From IMG/VR virus record IMGVR_UViG_3300049180_000032, positions 1-40,478 of that record: a DNA stretch of 40,478 bases. One strand, written 5' to 3'. The position numbers were made by a program, and so were the translations under genes. This document shows, piece after piece, positions 16,604-24,151 of the stretch. This stretch comes from a virus. Its lineage: Duplodnaviria; Caudoviricetes. Position 1 is the stretch's first letter. Every line of letters begins with the position of its first letter. Under the pieces are notes generated by a model, which was not told the DNA's origin, did not search any database, and saw only the letters and a program-made list of their open reading frames with translations.

Positions 16604-17507
16604 CTTTCACCTCCACATCAGTAGCTTCAGCCTTGGCCTGATCTGCCCTGATCCGGGCCAGTTGCGCCTTGTATGCGGTCTTGAGCAGGTCATGCGCCGC
16701 GAGGTCGTTGGCGAGCTTGCCGTTGTTCTCGGCCCAGTAGCTCTTCAGTTCCTCCACCGTCTTGGTCGAGCGCAGGCCATCAATGACGGGCTGCGGGTCG
16801 ATGGCCGCAGGCTTCGCATTCAGCGCCGCCAGGCCTTCCCCGCCATCGGTGTTCAGGTGGTGGATCGCTTGGTCGAGGCGGTCGGACTTCGGCCAATACT
16901 TGTAGGCCCGCTTCACCACGGTCTTCTTCGCCATCTCCCCGTAGTCGGTGTCCCATGGCGACTGCTTGCCGGCCTTGACCGACTCGGACCGGTTCTTGAT
17001 GGCGTCGATGTCCTCGCGGTTCATGCACTCGGTCAGGTAGTCGCCGCTGTGCATCTTCACGACCACGTACGCACCCACCATGTCACCGCGCTCTTTGGAG
17101 AACGGGTTGAAGGAGTGCGTCGGCGGGCGGTCGAAGCCATTCAGCGTGAATGCATCATTGGCGTAGACCAAATCAGCCTGCGCCCACATGATCGAGCCCG
17201 ACTGAATGGCAAGGTCGATCAGGCCCATGTAGCTGATGTCGAGGCAGATCTTGCCCTTGCGGGGCACGAGGTAGGCCTGCTTCTTCGCCGGGTTGAGGCT
17301 GATGCCGATGGCCGCGATGTTCGTGACTGCGTTGACCACGGATTGACGGTCACCGGCTGCGAGCTTGGCAACGTAGTCGCTGGCGGTCAGCACCTGGATG
17401 GCAAAACCGGCCTCGCGCTCGAAGTTCAGCGAACGATCAACAAGGACGTTCTGAAAGCTGTCCTCGGCGCCATAGACGTAGTTGCTGATGGTCTGGATTG
17501 CGTTCAT
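16584..17507 (-). CDS. recT: RecT family single-strand annealing recombinase
   Basis: GISLNP..QAYLVPR, ISYMGLIDLA, PW.TDYGEMAKKTVVKRAYKYWP. Confidence 0.93.
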   Translation of the reverse strand: MNAIQTISNYVYGAEDSFQNVLVDRSLNFEREAGFAIQVLTASDYVAKLAAGDRQSVVNAVTNIAAIGISLNPAKKQAYLVPRKGKICLDISYMGLIDLAIQSGSIMWAQADLVYANDAFTLNGFDRPPTHSFNPFSKERGDMVGAYVVVKMHSGDYLTECMNREDIDAIKNRSESVKAGKQSPWDTDYGEMAKKTVVKRAYKYWPKSDRLDQAIHHLNTDGGEGLAALNAKPAAIDPQPVIDGLRSTKTVEELKSYWAENNGKLANDLAAHDLLKTAYKAQLARIRADQAKAEATDVEVKDAVAEA

Positions 17508-17659
17508 AGCGGCCACCATCCAAACGGAAGCGACTCAGCCAAGGCAAGCCCGAGAGTCATGCAGCACGCGACAACGAGCAGACCAATCACGAGGTCGCTC
17601 AGGAACGTGCTTTCTTCTTCGTCGGTGTTGTCGGAGAGGGGCGAGTTGATGTAGTTCAC
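17504..17659 (-). CDS. 51-aa single-TM protein
   Basis: AAGGAG RBS and GTG start; acidic patch then LVIGLLVVACCMTLGLALA. Confidence 0.55.
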   Translation of the reverse strand: MNYINSPLSDNTDEEESTFLSDLVIGLLVVACCMTLGLALAESLPFGWWPL

Positions 17660-17661
17660 GG

Positions 17662-18090
17662 CTACTCCTTCGCGGCGAGTTGATCCAGCGCCATTTCGCC
17701 GAGCTTTGAAAGCGTGAGGGGCGCAGCAGAAGCGATGCCCCTCTTGCGGCCCTCGCTGGCCGTTACGCTGGCTCCAGATACGGTGAGCACGCCGGTATCG
17801 CCGACTTCCTCGCCGCTCCAGTACAGTTCCCCGGAGGCATTCACGCCACGCGCGCCGAGCCACAGCACGAGCCATTGCATCCACTCGGTGTAGTTGTAGA
17901 ACTTCTCGTTCCCGTCCCATACGATGCCGTCGAGAGATTCCGTGGGCACCCATTGAAAGTAGCTTCCCGGGTGGTCGCCGTCGATCTCCTCGGGGTCTTC
18001 GTTGAACTGCAAAAGCAGCTTGGCTTCCGTGATCGACAGAGGGCGCGACAGCGACAGTGCGCCCTTGAATTTCGTGGTGTATCCCATCAC
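17662..18090 (-). CDS. Conserved-looking acidic, Trp-rich phage protein
   Basis: MGYTTKFKG...QWVPT...WDGNEKFYNYTEW...GELYWSGEE. Confidence 0.75.
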   Translation of the reverse strand: MMGYTTKFKGALSLSRPLSITEAKLLLQFNEDPEEIDGDHPGSYFQWVPTESLDGIVWDGNEKFYNYTEWMQWLVLWLGARGVNASGELYWSGEEVGDTGVLTVSGASVTASEGRKRGIASAAPLTLSKLGEMALDQLAAKE

Positions 18091-18281
18091 TGCTCCTTCA
18101 TCGCGACATTCGCCGCTTCTTGGTTGTTGGATGCCGCGTCGGCGGCTACATCTGCTACGACTTGAGCGGTAAGCTCTTCCGTATCGGGATGCTTGTGTTC
18201 GAGGTAGGCGTTCAGCAGCAGGATCACGAAGGCTGCGAGGATGCCGAGTGCCCGGTTGGTGGCGGTTTGGCGGAGGTTCAT
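18087..18281 (-). CDS. Small single-TM protein
   Basis: ALGILAAFVILLLNAYL. Confidence 0.6.
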   Translation of the reverse strand: MNLRQTATNRALGILAAFVILLLNAYLEHKHPDTEELTAQVVADVAADAASNNQEAANVAMKEQ

Positions 18282-18284
18282 GGC

Positions 18285-18743
18285 TCAGTCCGTGTATGCG
18301 ATGAACTTGAACCGGCCATTGCCGAAGTGCTCGAAGCGACCGCCGAACGTGCCATCAACCTGCTTGCGCACCATGTCGCGGTCGGCTGAGTCGTCGCCCG
18401 ATTGCGGGTAGACGCCCTCCTTGATCATTGAGCAGCTCGAATGCGACCTGTCGCGCCAGCTAACCCGGGTGTTGTCGAGCGGCAGGCTTCGCAGGCGGTC
18501 TTGTTCTTTCGCCCATGCTGCCCAAACATCCTTCTCGGCCTGCGTCATCGGCTTGGCTTCAGGGGCCGGCTCGTCGGCTTCGTCCCAGTCGCACTCGTCG
18601 CAGTGGTTGCGCGCTGCGGTGCACGACGAGCAGGGCGGCGAGATATGGCAACTGCAGTTCTCCGACCGTCGCATGACGATGTGGCCGGTGCAGCCATCGC
18701 GGTTGCAAGCCGCGCCCTCTTCAAACCCGAGTTCTGTGTTCAT
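18285..18743 (-). CDS. Cys-rich zinc-binding hypothetical protein
   Basis: CNRDGC, CSCHISPPCSSC, CDEC; C-terminal GTFGGRF...FKFIAYTD. Confidence 0.75.
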   Translation of the reverse strand: MNTELGFEEGAACNRDGCTGHIVMRRSENCSCHISPPCSSCTAARNHCDECDWDEADEPAPEAKPMTQAEKDVWAAWAKEQDRLRSLPLDNTRVSWRDRSHSSCSMIKEGVYPQSGDDSADRDMVRKQVDGTFGGRFEHFGNGRFKFIAYTD

Positions 18744-19036
18744 GCAATCCTCGCTGCGTCAAAAGCAATGCGCGACTTGTCTTCACGGTCGAGCGTTGCA
18801 GGTTCAATGCCCCGGAATGCGTCTGCATCCGGCTCGTCAAGATCAAGGTCTTGCGCGATGGTGAGAAGGCGCTCCTTCGCTTCGTGCTGCTCGGGAGCGC
18901 ACTGGGCGATGAGCATGTTCACCACGTCCGCAAGCTCGTGATCGCTCATGCCGCCCTCGCGCCAGATTTGCTTCATCTCTGCGCGAAGGGTCAGGAGGCG
19001 AGTAGCGCGCCACTGGGCTCGGGTCATGGCGTTCAC
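18740..19036 (-). CDS. Hypothetical protein
   Basis: 98 aa, coupled at both ends. Confidence 0.65.
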   Translation of the reverse strand: MNAMTRAQWRATRLLTLRAEMKQIWREGGMSDHELADVVNMLIAQCAPEQHEAKERLLTIAQDLDLDEPDADAFRGIEPATLDREDKSRIAFDAARIA

Positions 19037-19401
19037 GATGTCGCTCCTTGAGCGTTGGCGAGGTTGCGATTGCCGTAGTCGTCCTGCACGTCCTGACCTT
19101 CACGGCCAGTTGCCTTGCAGATCAGGTCGCGCAGCCGGCAGAGCTTCATCTGGCCTTCCGGCGAGTGACGCCCGGGCCATTCGTTGTGAATGTCGGCAAG
19201 AAAGATGTACTCGGATTCGACTGCAGCAAGCAGTTCAGGAGCGGTTGCAATCAGGCGGGCGTTGGCAGCAGCCTCATATTTGCGCTCGATGGAATCCGTG
19301 TTGATGTAGATGATCGAAAAGCCGAGAGCTTCTTGATCGATAGCGCGGATCGGGATGTCTTTGCCACCGGACCACGGTGCTGGCGTATGTTGCGCGGTCA
19401 C
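19033..19401 (-). CDS. HTPGPW...ANARLIAAAPELL-type phage early protein (copy 1)
   Basis: HTPAPW and ANARLIATAPELL. Confidence 0.7.
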   Translation of the reverse strand: MTAQHTPAPWSGGKDIPIRAIDQEALGFSIIYINTDSIERKYEAAANARLIATAPELLAAVESEYIFLADIHNEWPGRHSPEGQMKLCRLRDLICKATGREGQDVQDDYGNRNLANAQGATS

Positions 19402-19604
19402 GATGCCACCTCCGACTGAGTAGCCGCAATGTGACGAACCAAGTCCATAGACCTCAGTTCTGCTTGCGACACCGGAGCAAGGCGTACCTCGTAGCCGGGG
19501 AGGGTGAAGTCCAGCGGGGCCAGCGTCAGTTCCGCGGCTTCACGAGACAGATCGACGATCACGCTTTTGTTGCGCGGGTCGATGCGGCGGTTCAGGTGGA
19601 TCAC
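19398..19604 (-). CDS. Hypothetical protein
   Basis: GTG start with AAGGAG RBS, GTGA coupling. Confidence 0.55.
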   Translation of the reverse strand: MIHLNRRIDPRNKSVIVDLSREAAELTLAPLDFTLPGYEVRLAPVSQAELRSMDLVRHIAATQSEVAS

Positions 19605-19906
19605 GATGGCTCTCCTTGATTGGGGGCGGGAGGAAGAAGAGGGACGCTCTCGCCGGTTTGGATGAAGTGCGCCTGTTGGCGGAACGCCCATGTGTGGTCC
19701 CACTTTCCTGCGAGTGCATCCGCGTGGCGTTGTCGGCATTCGAGGAAGTAGCCTTCAGGGTCGTTCACGCGCACGGCGCCACTGCGAACTTCAGCGATGC
19801 ATGCCAGCGCGTTGTCTGCGTACCATTGGCGTGTCGCTTGAATGGTCGCTTCGTTGAATGTCCGCGCTTCGCGCTCGCCCTCGGTGCTGTGGAGGGTGGC
19901 GCTCAT
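19601..19906 (-). CDS. Hypothetical protein
   Basis: MSATLHS...QQAHFIQTGESVPLLP; coupled. Confidence 0.65.
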   Translation of the reverse strand: MSATLHSTEGEREARTFNEATIQATRQWYADNALACIAEVRSGAVRVNDPEGYFLECRQRHADALAGKWDHTWAFRQQAHFIQTGESVPLLPPAPNQGEPS

Positions 19907-20198
19907 GACTGCACCTCCGGCGCCTTGTCGCTCGCTTGCGCAGTGCAACGCTTGCGGTTCGGGCATTCAATGTGGCTGCACTCAATCGCGCCTGCATTGA
20001 TCATCTGCATATGCACGCCGCGCTTGTTGCAGGTCGCGCATTCCTTGGGCTTTGGGTCGCCCTTGTAGACGGTAGAGGCCCATGTGTTGCCTCCCGGGCT
20101 ACGAGCAATGCGGGCGTTCTGTTCGGCATCCACCAGCGCACCTTCGAGCATGCGTGCAGGATTTGCAGGAACGACGCGCGCGCTCATGACTGCACCTC
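19899..20198. repeat. 19-bp gene-junction direct repeat GCGCTCATGACTGCACCTC
   Basis: Copies at 19899-19917 and 20180-20198; each carries the RBS and ATGA overlap on the minus strand. Confidence 0.9.
19903..20187 (-). CDS. Zn-finger-like hypothetical protein
   Basis: CATC...CSHIECP. Confidence 0.65.
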   Translation of the reverse strand: MSARVVPANPARMLEGALVDAEQNARIARSPGGNTWASTVYKGDPKPKECATCNKRGVHMQMINAGAIECSHIECPNRKRCTAQASDKAPEVQS

Positions 20199-20501
20199 TG
20201 CCTTGGCGATGGCGGCGCGGGCACTCGAAACAGCCAGCTCGGCAAATTCCTCATCCGTTCCAGCCTGCATGACCGCGGCCTTGAAGCGGGCCGTGAGGTT
20301 GATCAGCTCGTTCAGCAGTTCAGGGGCGGCGGCGATCAGGCGGGCGTTGGCTTCAGTGTGCGAGTGGGACGTGTAATCACTGCCCGCCCAGTTCTCCGCA
20401 ATGTCCGCACGAGAGCAGTCGGCAATGCCAGTGACGGCGACCGAGTTCACAAACGGGCCATTGGCCTCCCATGGCCCGGGGCTGTGCTTTGCGGCGCTCA
20501 T
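20184..20501 (-). CDS. HTPGPW...ANARLIAAAPELL-type phage early protein (copy 2)
   Basis: HSPGPW and ANARLIAAAPELL. Confidence 0.7.
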   Translation of the reverse strand: MSAAKHSPGPWEANGPFVNSVAVTGIADCSRADIAENWAGSDYTSHSHTEANARLIAAAPELLNELINLTARFKAAVMQAGTDEEFAELAVSSARAAIAKAEVQS

Positions 20502-20716
20502 GCTTGTTCGCCTTCGATGCCGTGAGCCGCGAAGAACTTGGTCGCGTACTCCTGACCGAGGTGAATCAATCGCGCGGTCTGCACGCCATCCTCTTCAAGG
20601 ATGTCGAACGTCGCAGTGCTCTGCAGCACTGACATGCTGTGCTGATGCGCGAGTTCCTGCGCGAGGGTCAGGCGCTGCGGCGTCTTGCGCGGGGCCTTGG
20701 GGGTGTTGGTTGCCAT
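20498..20716 (-). CDS. First gene of the leftward early operon, hypothetical
   Basis: AGGAG RBS directly downstream of the PL-like promoter. Confidence 0.65.
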   Translation of the reverse strand: MATNTPKAPRKTPQRLTLAQELAHQHSMSVLQSTATFDILEEDGVQTARLIHLGQEYATKFFAAHGIEGEQA

Positions 20717-20749
20717 CGATTCACTCCTGTGTGGTGGGCGAGTGAACGA

Positions 20750-20790
20750 ATTATGCGCTATCGCTTAGTAATGTCAATGCCGAATCGCAT
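20750..20790 (-). promoter_or_regulatory. PL-like promoter (TTGACA-N16-CATAAT) with two operators
   Basis: ATGCGCTATCGCTT at 20753-20766 and ATGCCGAATCGCAT at 20777-20790. Confidence 0.75.
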
Positions 20791-20819
20791 AGTGACGCGA
20801 AAATATTTTCGACAGGCGT

Positions 20820-20842
20820 AAAAAAACCGCCCGAAGGCGGTT
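20820..20842 (-). terminator. Rho-independent terminator of the repressor operon
   Basis: AACCGCC-TTCG-GGCGGTT followed by a T run on the minus strand. Confidence 0.85.
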
Positions 20843-20862
20843 GGTTTCTCGTTTCTGGTGGA

Positions 20863-21216
20863 CTAGTCCAGATCCCCGAGTTTGGTTACTTCACGCAGGC
20901 GGCGCGGCATTCGCCGCCTCGTAGGCGCACTCTCCCAGGTTGCATTCAACGAATCTGTTCTTGTGTATCCGACTTGCCCAGTTGCAACGATTTTGTCGGT
21001 CACGATGTTCAACCCTTTCACCATCGCCAGCACCGCGAGCTGCAGCCGCTCTGCACAGGCGCCCAGCACATGGAACTCAGTTCCGTGCGTGGTCTTTGAA
21101 ATCAGGATCGATCCTTGTAGTTCTCCCGCCTCCTCCTGAGCGCTCATGCGGTGTAGCGCCGCCGCAGTGTCACTTCTTACGGCTGCCCGCGGACGCAGCC
21201 GAATCACTTTTCCCAT
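20863..21216 (-). CDS. Hypothetical protein co-transcribed with the repressor
   Basis: 117 aa, MGKVIRLRPR...; overlaps the repressor 3' end and precedes the terminator. Confidence 0.6.
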   Translation of the reverse strand: MGKVIRLRPRAAVRSDTAAALHRMSAQEEAGELQGSILISKTTHGTEFHVLGACAERLQLAVLAMVKGLNIVTDKIVATGQVGYTRTDSLNATWESAPTRRRMPRRLREVTKLGDLD

Positions 21217-21748
21217 TGTTGTCTCCTAGGTCCAAGTCGCCAAGCTCCGCAAAAATGTGAGATTGACGCAGTCCATCATGTGGCGCCACGGATGAGTTGT
21301 CACCGGGTGTATCCAGCAACTTAAGGATTAAGGCCGATTTATTTTTCGCGTTCGCCGGGTCGGAGGCCATAGATGCCAGCAATGGTTTCACTGCCATAAG
21401 TACGCTCTCTTCAGCCCCCTGGAGTACTTTAGTGAGCACATCGAGGGCCTGTGCGAGTTCAGATGTCTCGTAGGCGACAAGCTTTGGTTTTTGGCTGGTG
21501 ATACCCGAAGTCAGCTTGCGATCAGCGGCGACCTGGTCGGCCAGATCAGGATCGTAGAAGGCCTCGAGCGGCACGCCGTAATGCTCAGCCAGCGGGCGCA
21601 GCGAGTCGCGCCGAGGCTCTTTCACCTTGCCGGTGATGAACTTCGAGGCGTAGGACTGTAGGGGAGGGTTCTTCAGGCGCGTAGCCACCCGGTAGGGGTT
21701 GTCACCTGCAGCGGCAAAAAGCGCCTTCAAAAGCTCTGGGCCGTTCAT
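21170..21748 (-). CDS. cI: CI-like repressor (N-terminal HTH, no S24 peptidase domain)
   Basis: LQSYASKFITGKVKEPRRDSLRPLAEHYGVPLEAF; divergent from cro and flanked by operators. Confidence 0.7.
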   Translation of the reverse strand: MNGPELLKALFAAAGDNPYRVATRLKNPPLQSYASKFITGKVKEPRRDSLRPLAEHYGVPLEAFYDPDLADQVAADRKLTSGITSQKPKLVAYETSELAQALDVLTKVLQGAEESVLMAVKPLLASMASDPANAKNKSALILKLLDTPGDNSSVAPHDGLRQSHIFAELGDLDLGDNNGKSDSAASAGSRKK

Positions 21749-21822
21749 ACGCGCACTATGCAGAAAAAAATAATGCGATTCGGCATTGCAAGACTAGGCG
21801 ACATCGCATAGGATTGCGCTTT
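21749..21822. promoter_or_regulatory. OR region: PR (TTGCAA-N17-TAGGAT), PRM-like -10 (CATAGT, minus strand), two operators
   Basis: ATGCGATTCGGCAT at 21773-21786 (reverse complement of the 20777 site) and AGGCGACATCGCAT at 21796-21809. Confidence 0.75.
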
Positions 21823-22050
21823 ATGAGCACTCAGCAAAGCGAAACCCTCCGTCTTTTGATGCGCCTTCGGCAGGAGCACAACCTGTCGCAGAGCGAGATC
21901 TACCGCCGCACAGGCATCTCGCAGACCCGGCTCTCGCGCTGGGAGTCTGGAGAGATCGCCGCTGCTGCCGACGCAGCCCTCAAATTGCGCGAATTGGTCA
22001 TCAAGTGCGACGCCCAAGCGAAGCGCGCGAAGACCCGAGCGGAGGCCTGA
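21823..22050 (+). CDS. cro: Cro-like XRE HTH protein
   Basis: LRQEHNLSQSEIYRRTGISQTRLSRWESG. Confidence 0.8.
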   Translation: MSTQQSETLRLLMRLRQEHNLSQSEIYRRTGISQTRLSRWESGEIAAAADAALKLRELVIKCDAQAKRAKTRAEA

Positions 22051-22053
22051 GCC

Positions 22054-22188
22054 ATGGACCTCATCGACATCGTGTTCTTCGCTCTCGTCGGCTTGATATG
22101 CCTGCTCGGTGTCGCTCTGACGATAGCCATGCCAGCGCTTTCGCTGATGGATTACGTCGGCCCCGCCGACGAGCCCAAGCAGGAGTGA
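22054..22188 (+). CDS. 44-aa single-TM peptide, not in the ORF track
   Basis: GGAGG RBS; MDLIDIVFFALVGLICLLGVALTIAMPALSLMDYVGPADEPKQE. Confidence 0.55.
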   Translation: MDLIDIVFFALVGLICLLGVALTIAMPALSLMDYVGPADEPKQE

Positions 22189-22194
22189 CCCGCC

Positions 22195-22335
22195 ATGGCC
22201 TACGCCTTCCTCGCCATCTGGCTCGTGATCCTGCTGCTTTGCTACTTGGCTGGCAGCTCTGCGATCTACCGGGCTAACGAGCAGATCGGCGAGTCCAGCG
22301 ACAGCGGCGTCGAAAGCACAAACCCAACCGCCTGA
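22195..22335 (+). CDS. 46-aa single-TM peptide, not in the ORF track
   Basis: AGGAG RBS; MAYAFLAIWLVILLLCYLAGSSAIYRANEQIGESSDSGVESTNPTA. Confidence 0.55.
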   Translation: MAYAFLAIWLVILLLCYLAGSSAIYRANEQIGESSDSGVESTNPTA

Positions 22336-22377
22336 CGTTCGTCCGGCATTCCCACCAACCTCAACCCCTTCACCACC

Positions 22378-22584
22378 ATGTACGCAAACCCGACCCACCT
22401 CCGCGTCAAGCGCATCAACCTTTCGCTCAACGAAGTCGAAGACCGAATGGCGGAGGCCGCCGCCGAGTTCAACGGCAAGCAGAAATCCGCTTTCTTGCGG
22501 GAGCTGGTGGTGGAGGGTTTGGCGCGTATGCATGCGATGAATTCTGCAGATGAAGACATGCAAATGCGAGCGCTTCAATCGTGA
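22378..22584 (+). CDS. RHH-like regulator in the cII position
   Basis: KRINLSLNEVE...KQKSAFLRELVVEGL strand-helix-helix pattern. Confidence 0.65.
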   Translation: MYANPTHLRVKRINLSLNEVEDRMAEAAAEFNGKQKSAFLRELVVEGLARMHAMNSADEDMQMRALQS

Positions 22585-22640
22585 CCATTTCCGAGCAAAT
22601 CAGCAGCCATTCAGAGCCTGCCGCGTAACGGAAATGTGTA

Positions 22641-22829
22641 GTGACGAGAGACAAACAACAAGCCATCGACTTGACCGAGAGCCAGTTGCTGGACCTCAAG
22701 CGATACGCACGACTGCACGGCATCACTGTCGAGCAGGCCGCTACCAATCTGGCCCGAGCCGAGTTGGATGCGCGCTACCGCCTTCGACGCAATGGCGTCA
22801 GCAAGGTCATCCCATTCAAGCGTCGGTGA
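22641..22829 (+). CDS. Small RHH-like protein
   Basis: AIDLTESQLLDLKRYARLHGITVEQAA; ends KVIPFKRR. Confidence 0.55.
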   Translation: MTRDKQQAIDLTESQLLDLKRYARLHGITVEQAATNLARAELDARYRLRRNGVSKVIPFKRR

Positions 22830-22857
22830 TTTTCCGTAACGGAAAAGGAGCAGAAAG

Positions 22858-23106
22858 ATGACGAACACGTTGACCGATCAGATGGTCGCCGACATGGATG
22901 AAGTTGCTGACTGGATGCACCGTCCAGCCTCGCAGAACAACGCCTTCGACTGGAAGGGCGTTCCAAGCGCCATCGGTGCCCAGCTACGCCCCCACAAGAT
23001 GGACCGCAGCACCGAGGCACGCCGCTACTGCTACCCGGTCGAAGGACAGGCTGCCGGCGAGGCGTCGTTTCATCGGCGTGCGGCCATCCGGCTTGGGGGG
23101 ATCTGA
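22858..23106 (+). CDS. Hypothetical protein
   Basis: AAGGAG RBS; coupled to the methyltransferase. Confidence 0.6.
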   Translation: MTNTLTDQMVADMDEVADWMHRPASQNNAFDWKGVPSAIGAQLRPHKMDRSTEARRYCYPVEGQAAGEASFHRRAAIRLGGI

Positions 23107-23882
23107 TGCGAGTCGAAACCATCGGCGACGCAACCCTGTACCTCGGGGATTGCATGGAGATCCTGCCCACGCTGGGCAAGGTGGATGCGGTCATTACTGA
23201 CCCGCCGTATTCCGCCCACGTTCATGCCTCGGGTATGCGCGGCGCCAACGGGTGGAAGGGCGAAATTTCGGTGGAGCGCAATCTCGGATTCGACGCGATT
23301 ACAGCCGAGCAGATTGCCGGGCTTTCGGCCTTCGCAAGCACTGCCGCCCGTTGGTCGCTGGTCTTCTCCGATACGGAGAGCGCTCACCTTTGGCGCGAAG
23401 CAATGGAGTCGGCGGCCCTGCAGTACGTCCGCACAGCTTTCTGGAAGAAGACTGGGGGCGCCCCGCAATTCACCGGCGACCGCCCCGCAGTGGCATGCGA
23501 GGCCATCACTGTCTGCCATCCGAAGGGGCGGAAGCGCTGGAATGGCGGTGGCAAGCATGGCTTCTACGACGTGCCAATCGTGTTGGACCGAGGTGGCCCT
23601 GAAAGCGAGGCGCGAGTTCACACCACGCAAAAGCCGCTGGCGCTGATGTCGGCGCTGGTCTCCGACTTCACTGACATCGCTGACGTGGTAGCCGACCCCT
23701 TCATGGGCAGCGGAACGACTGGTGTTGCGTGCGTGCGCCTTGGACGCAAGTTCATCGGCATCGAGCGCGAACCGAAGTACTTCGACATCGCTTGCAAGCG
23801 CATAGAGCAGGCGCACGCACAGGGGCAGCTATTCGCCCCGGCAGCGGCTCAGCCGCAACAACTTGGATTGGAGGCCGCATGA
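23106..23882 (+). CDS. Orphan N6-adenine/N4-cytosine DNA methyltransferase, beta class
   Basis: ITDPPY precedes HTTQKP and DPFMGSGTTG; no cognate restriction enzyme nearby. Confidence 0.92.
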   Translation: MRVETIGDATLYLGDCMEILPTLGKVDAVITDPPYSAHVHASGMRGANGWKGEISVERNLGFDAITAEQIAGLSAFASTAARWSLVFSDTESAHLWREAMESAALQYVRTAFWKKTGGAPQFTGDRPAVACEAITVCHPKGRKRWNGGGKHGFYDVPIVLDRGGPESEARVHTTQKPLALMSALVSDFTDIADVVADPFMGSGTTGVACVRLGRKFIGIEREPKYFDIACKRIEQAHAQGQLFAPAAAQPQQLGLEAA

Positions 23883-24151
23883 TCGCCCACACATCCGCAG
23901 AGGCGTACCACTCGCTCTCGCACATCCACTACGTGCAGCCCAAGCAAGCCGAGATCCTGGCCTTGTTCGGCGCTGATGGCGCCACCTTCACCCGTCAGCA
24001 GATCGCCGTCCTCACTGGCATGGCTATCAACTGCGTGTGTGGCCGCGTTCACAGCCTCGTGGAAGATGGCATCCTGGAAGAGCAGGGCGAGCACTACGAC
24101 CCAGTGACCCACAAGCGGCAGAAGCTGCTTCGGTTGGCGAAGGGGCTCTGA
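23879..24151 (+). CDS. Winged-helix protein
   Basis: TRQQIAVLTGMAINCVCGRVHSLVEDG. Confidence 0.7.
   Translation: MIAHTSAEAYHSLSHIHYVQPKQAEILALFGADGATFTRQQIAVLTGMAINCVCGRVHSLVEDGILEEQGEHYDPVTHKRQKLLRLAKGL

Noticed and set aside
23106-23882. Restriction-modification system
   Set aside because: No adjacent endonuclease; orphan methyltransferases are common in temperate phages
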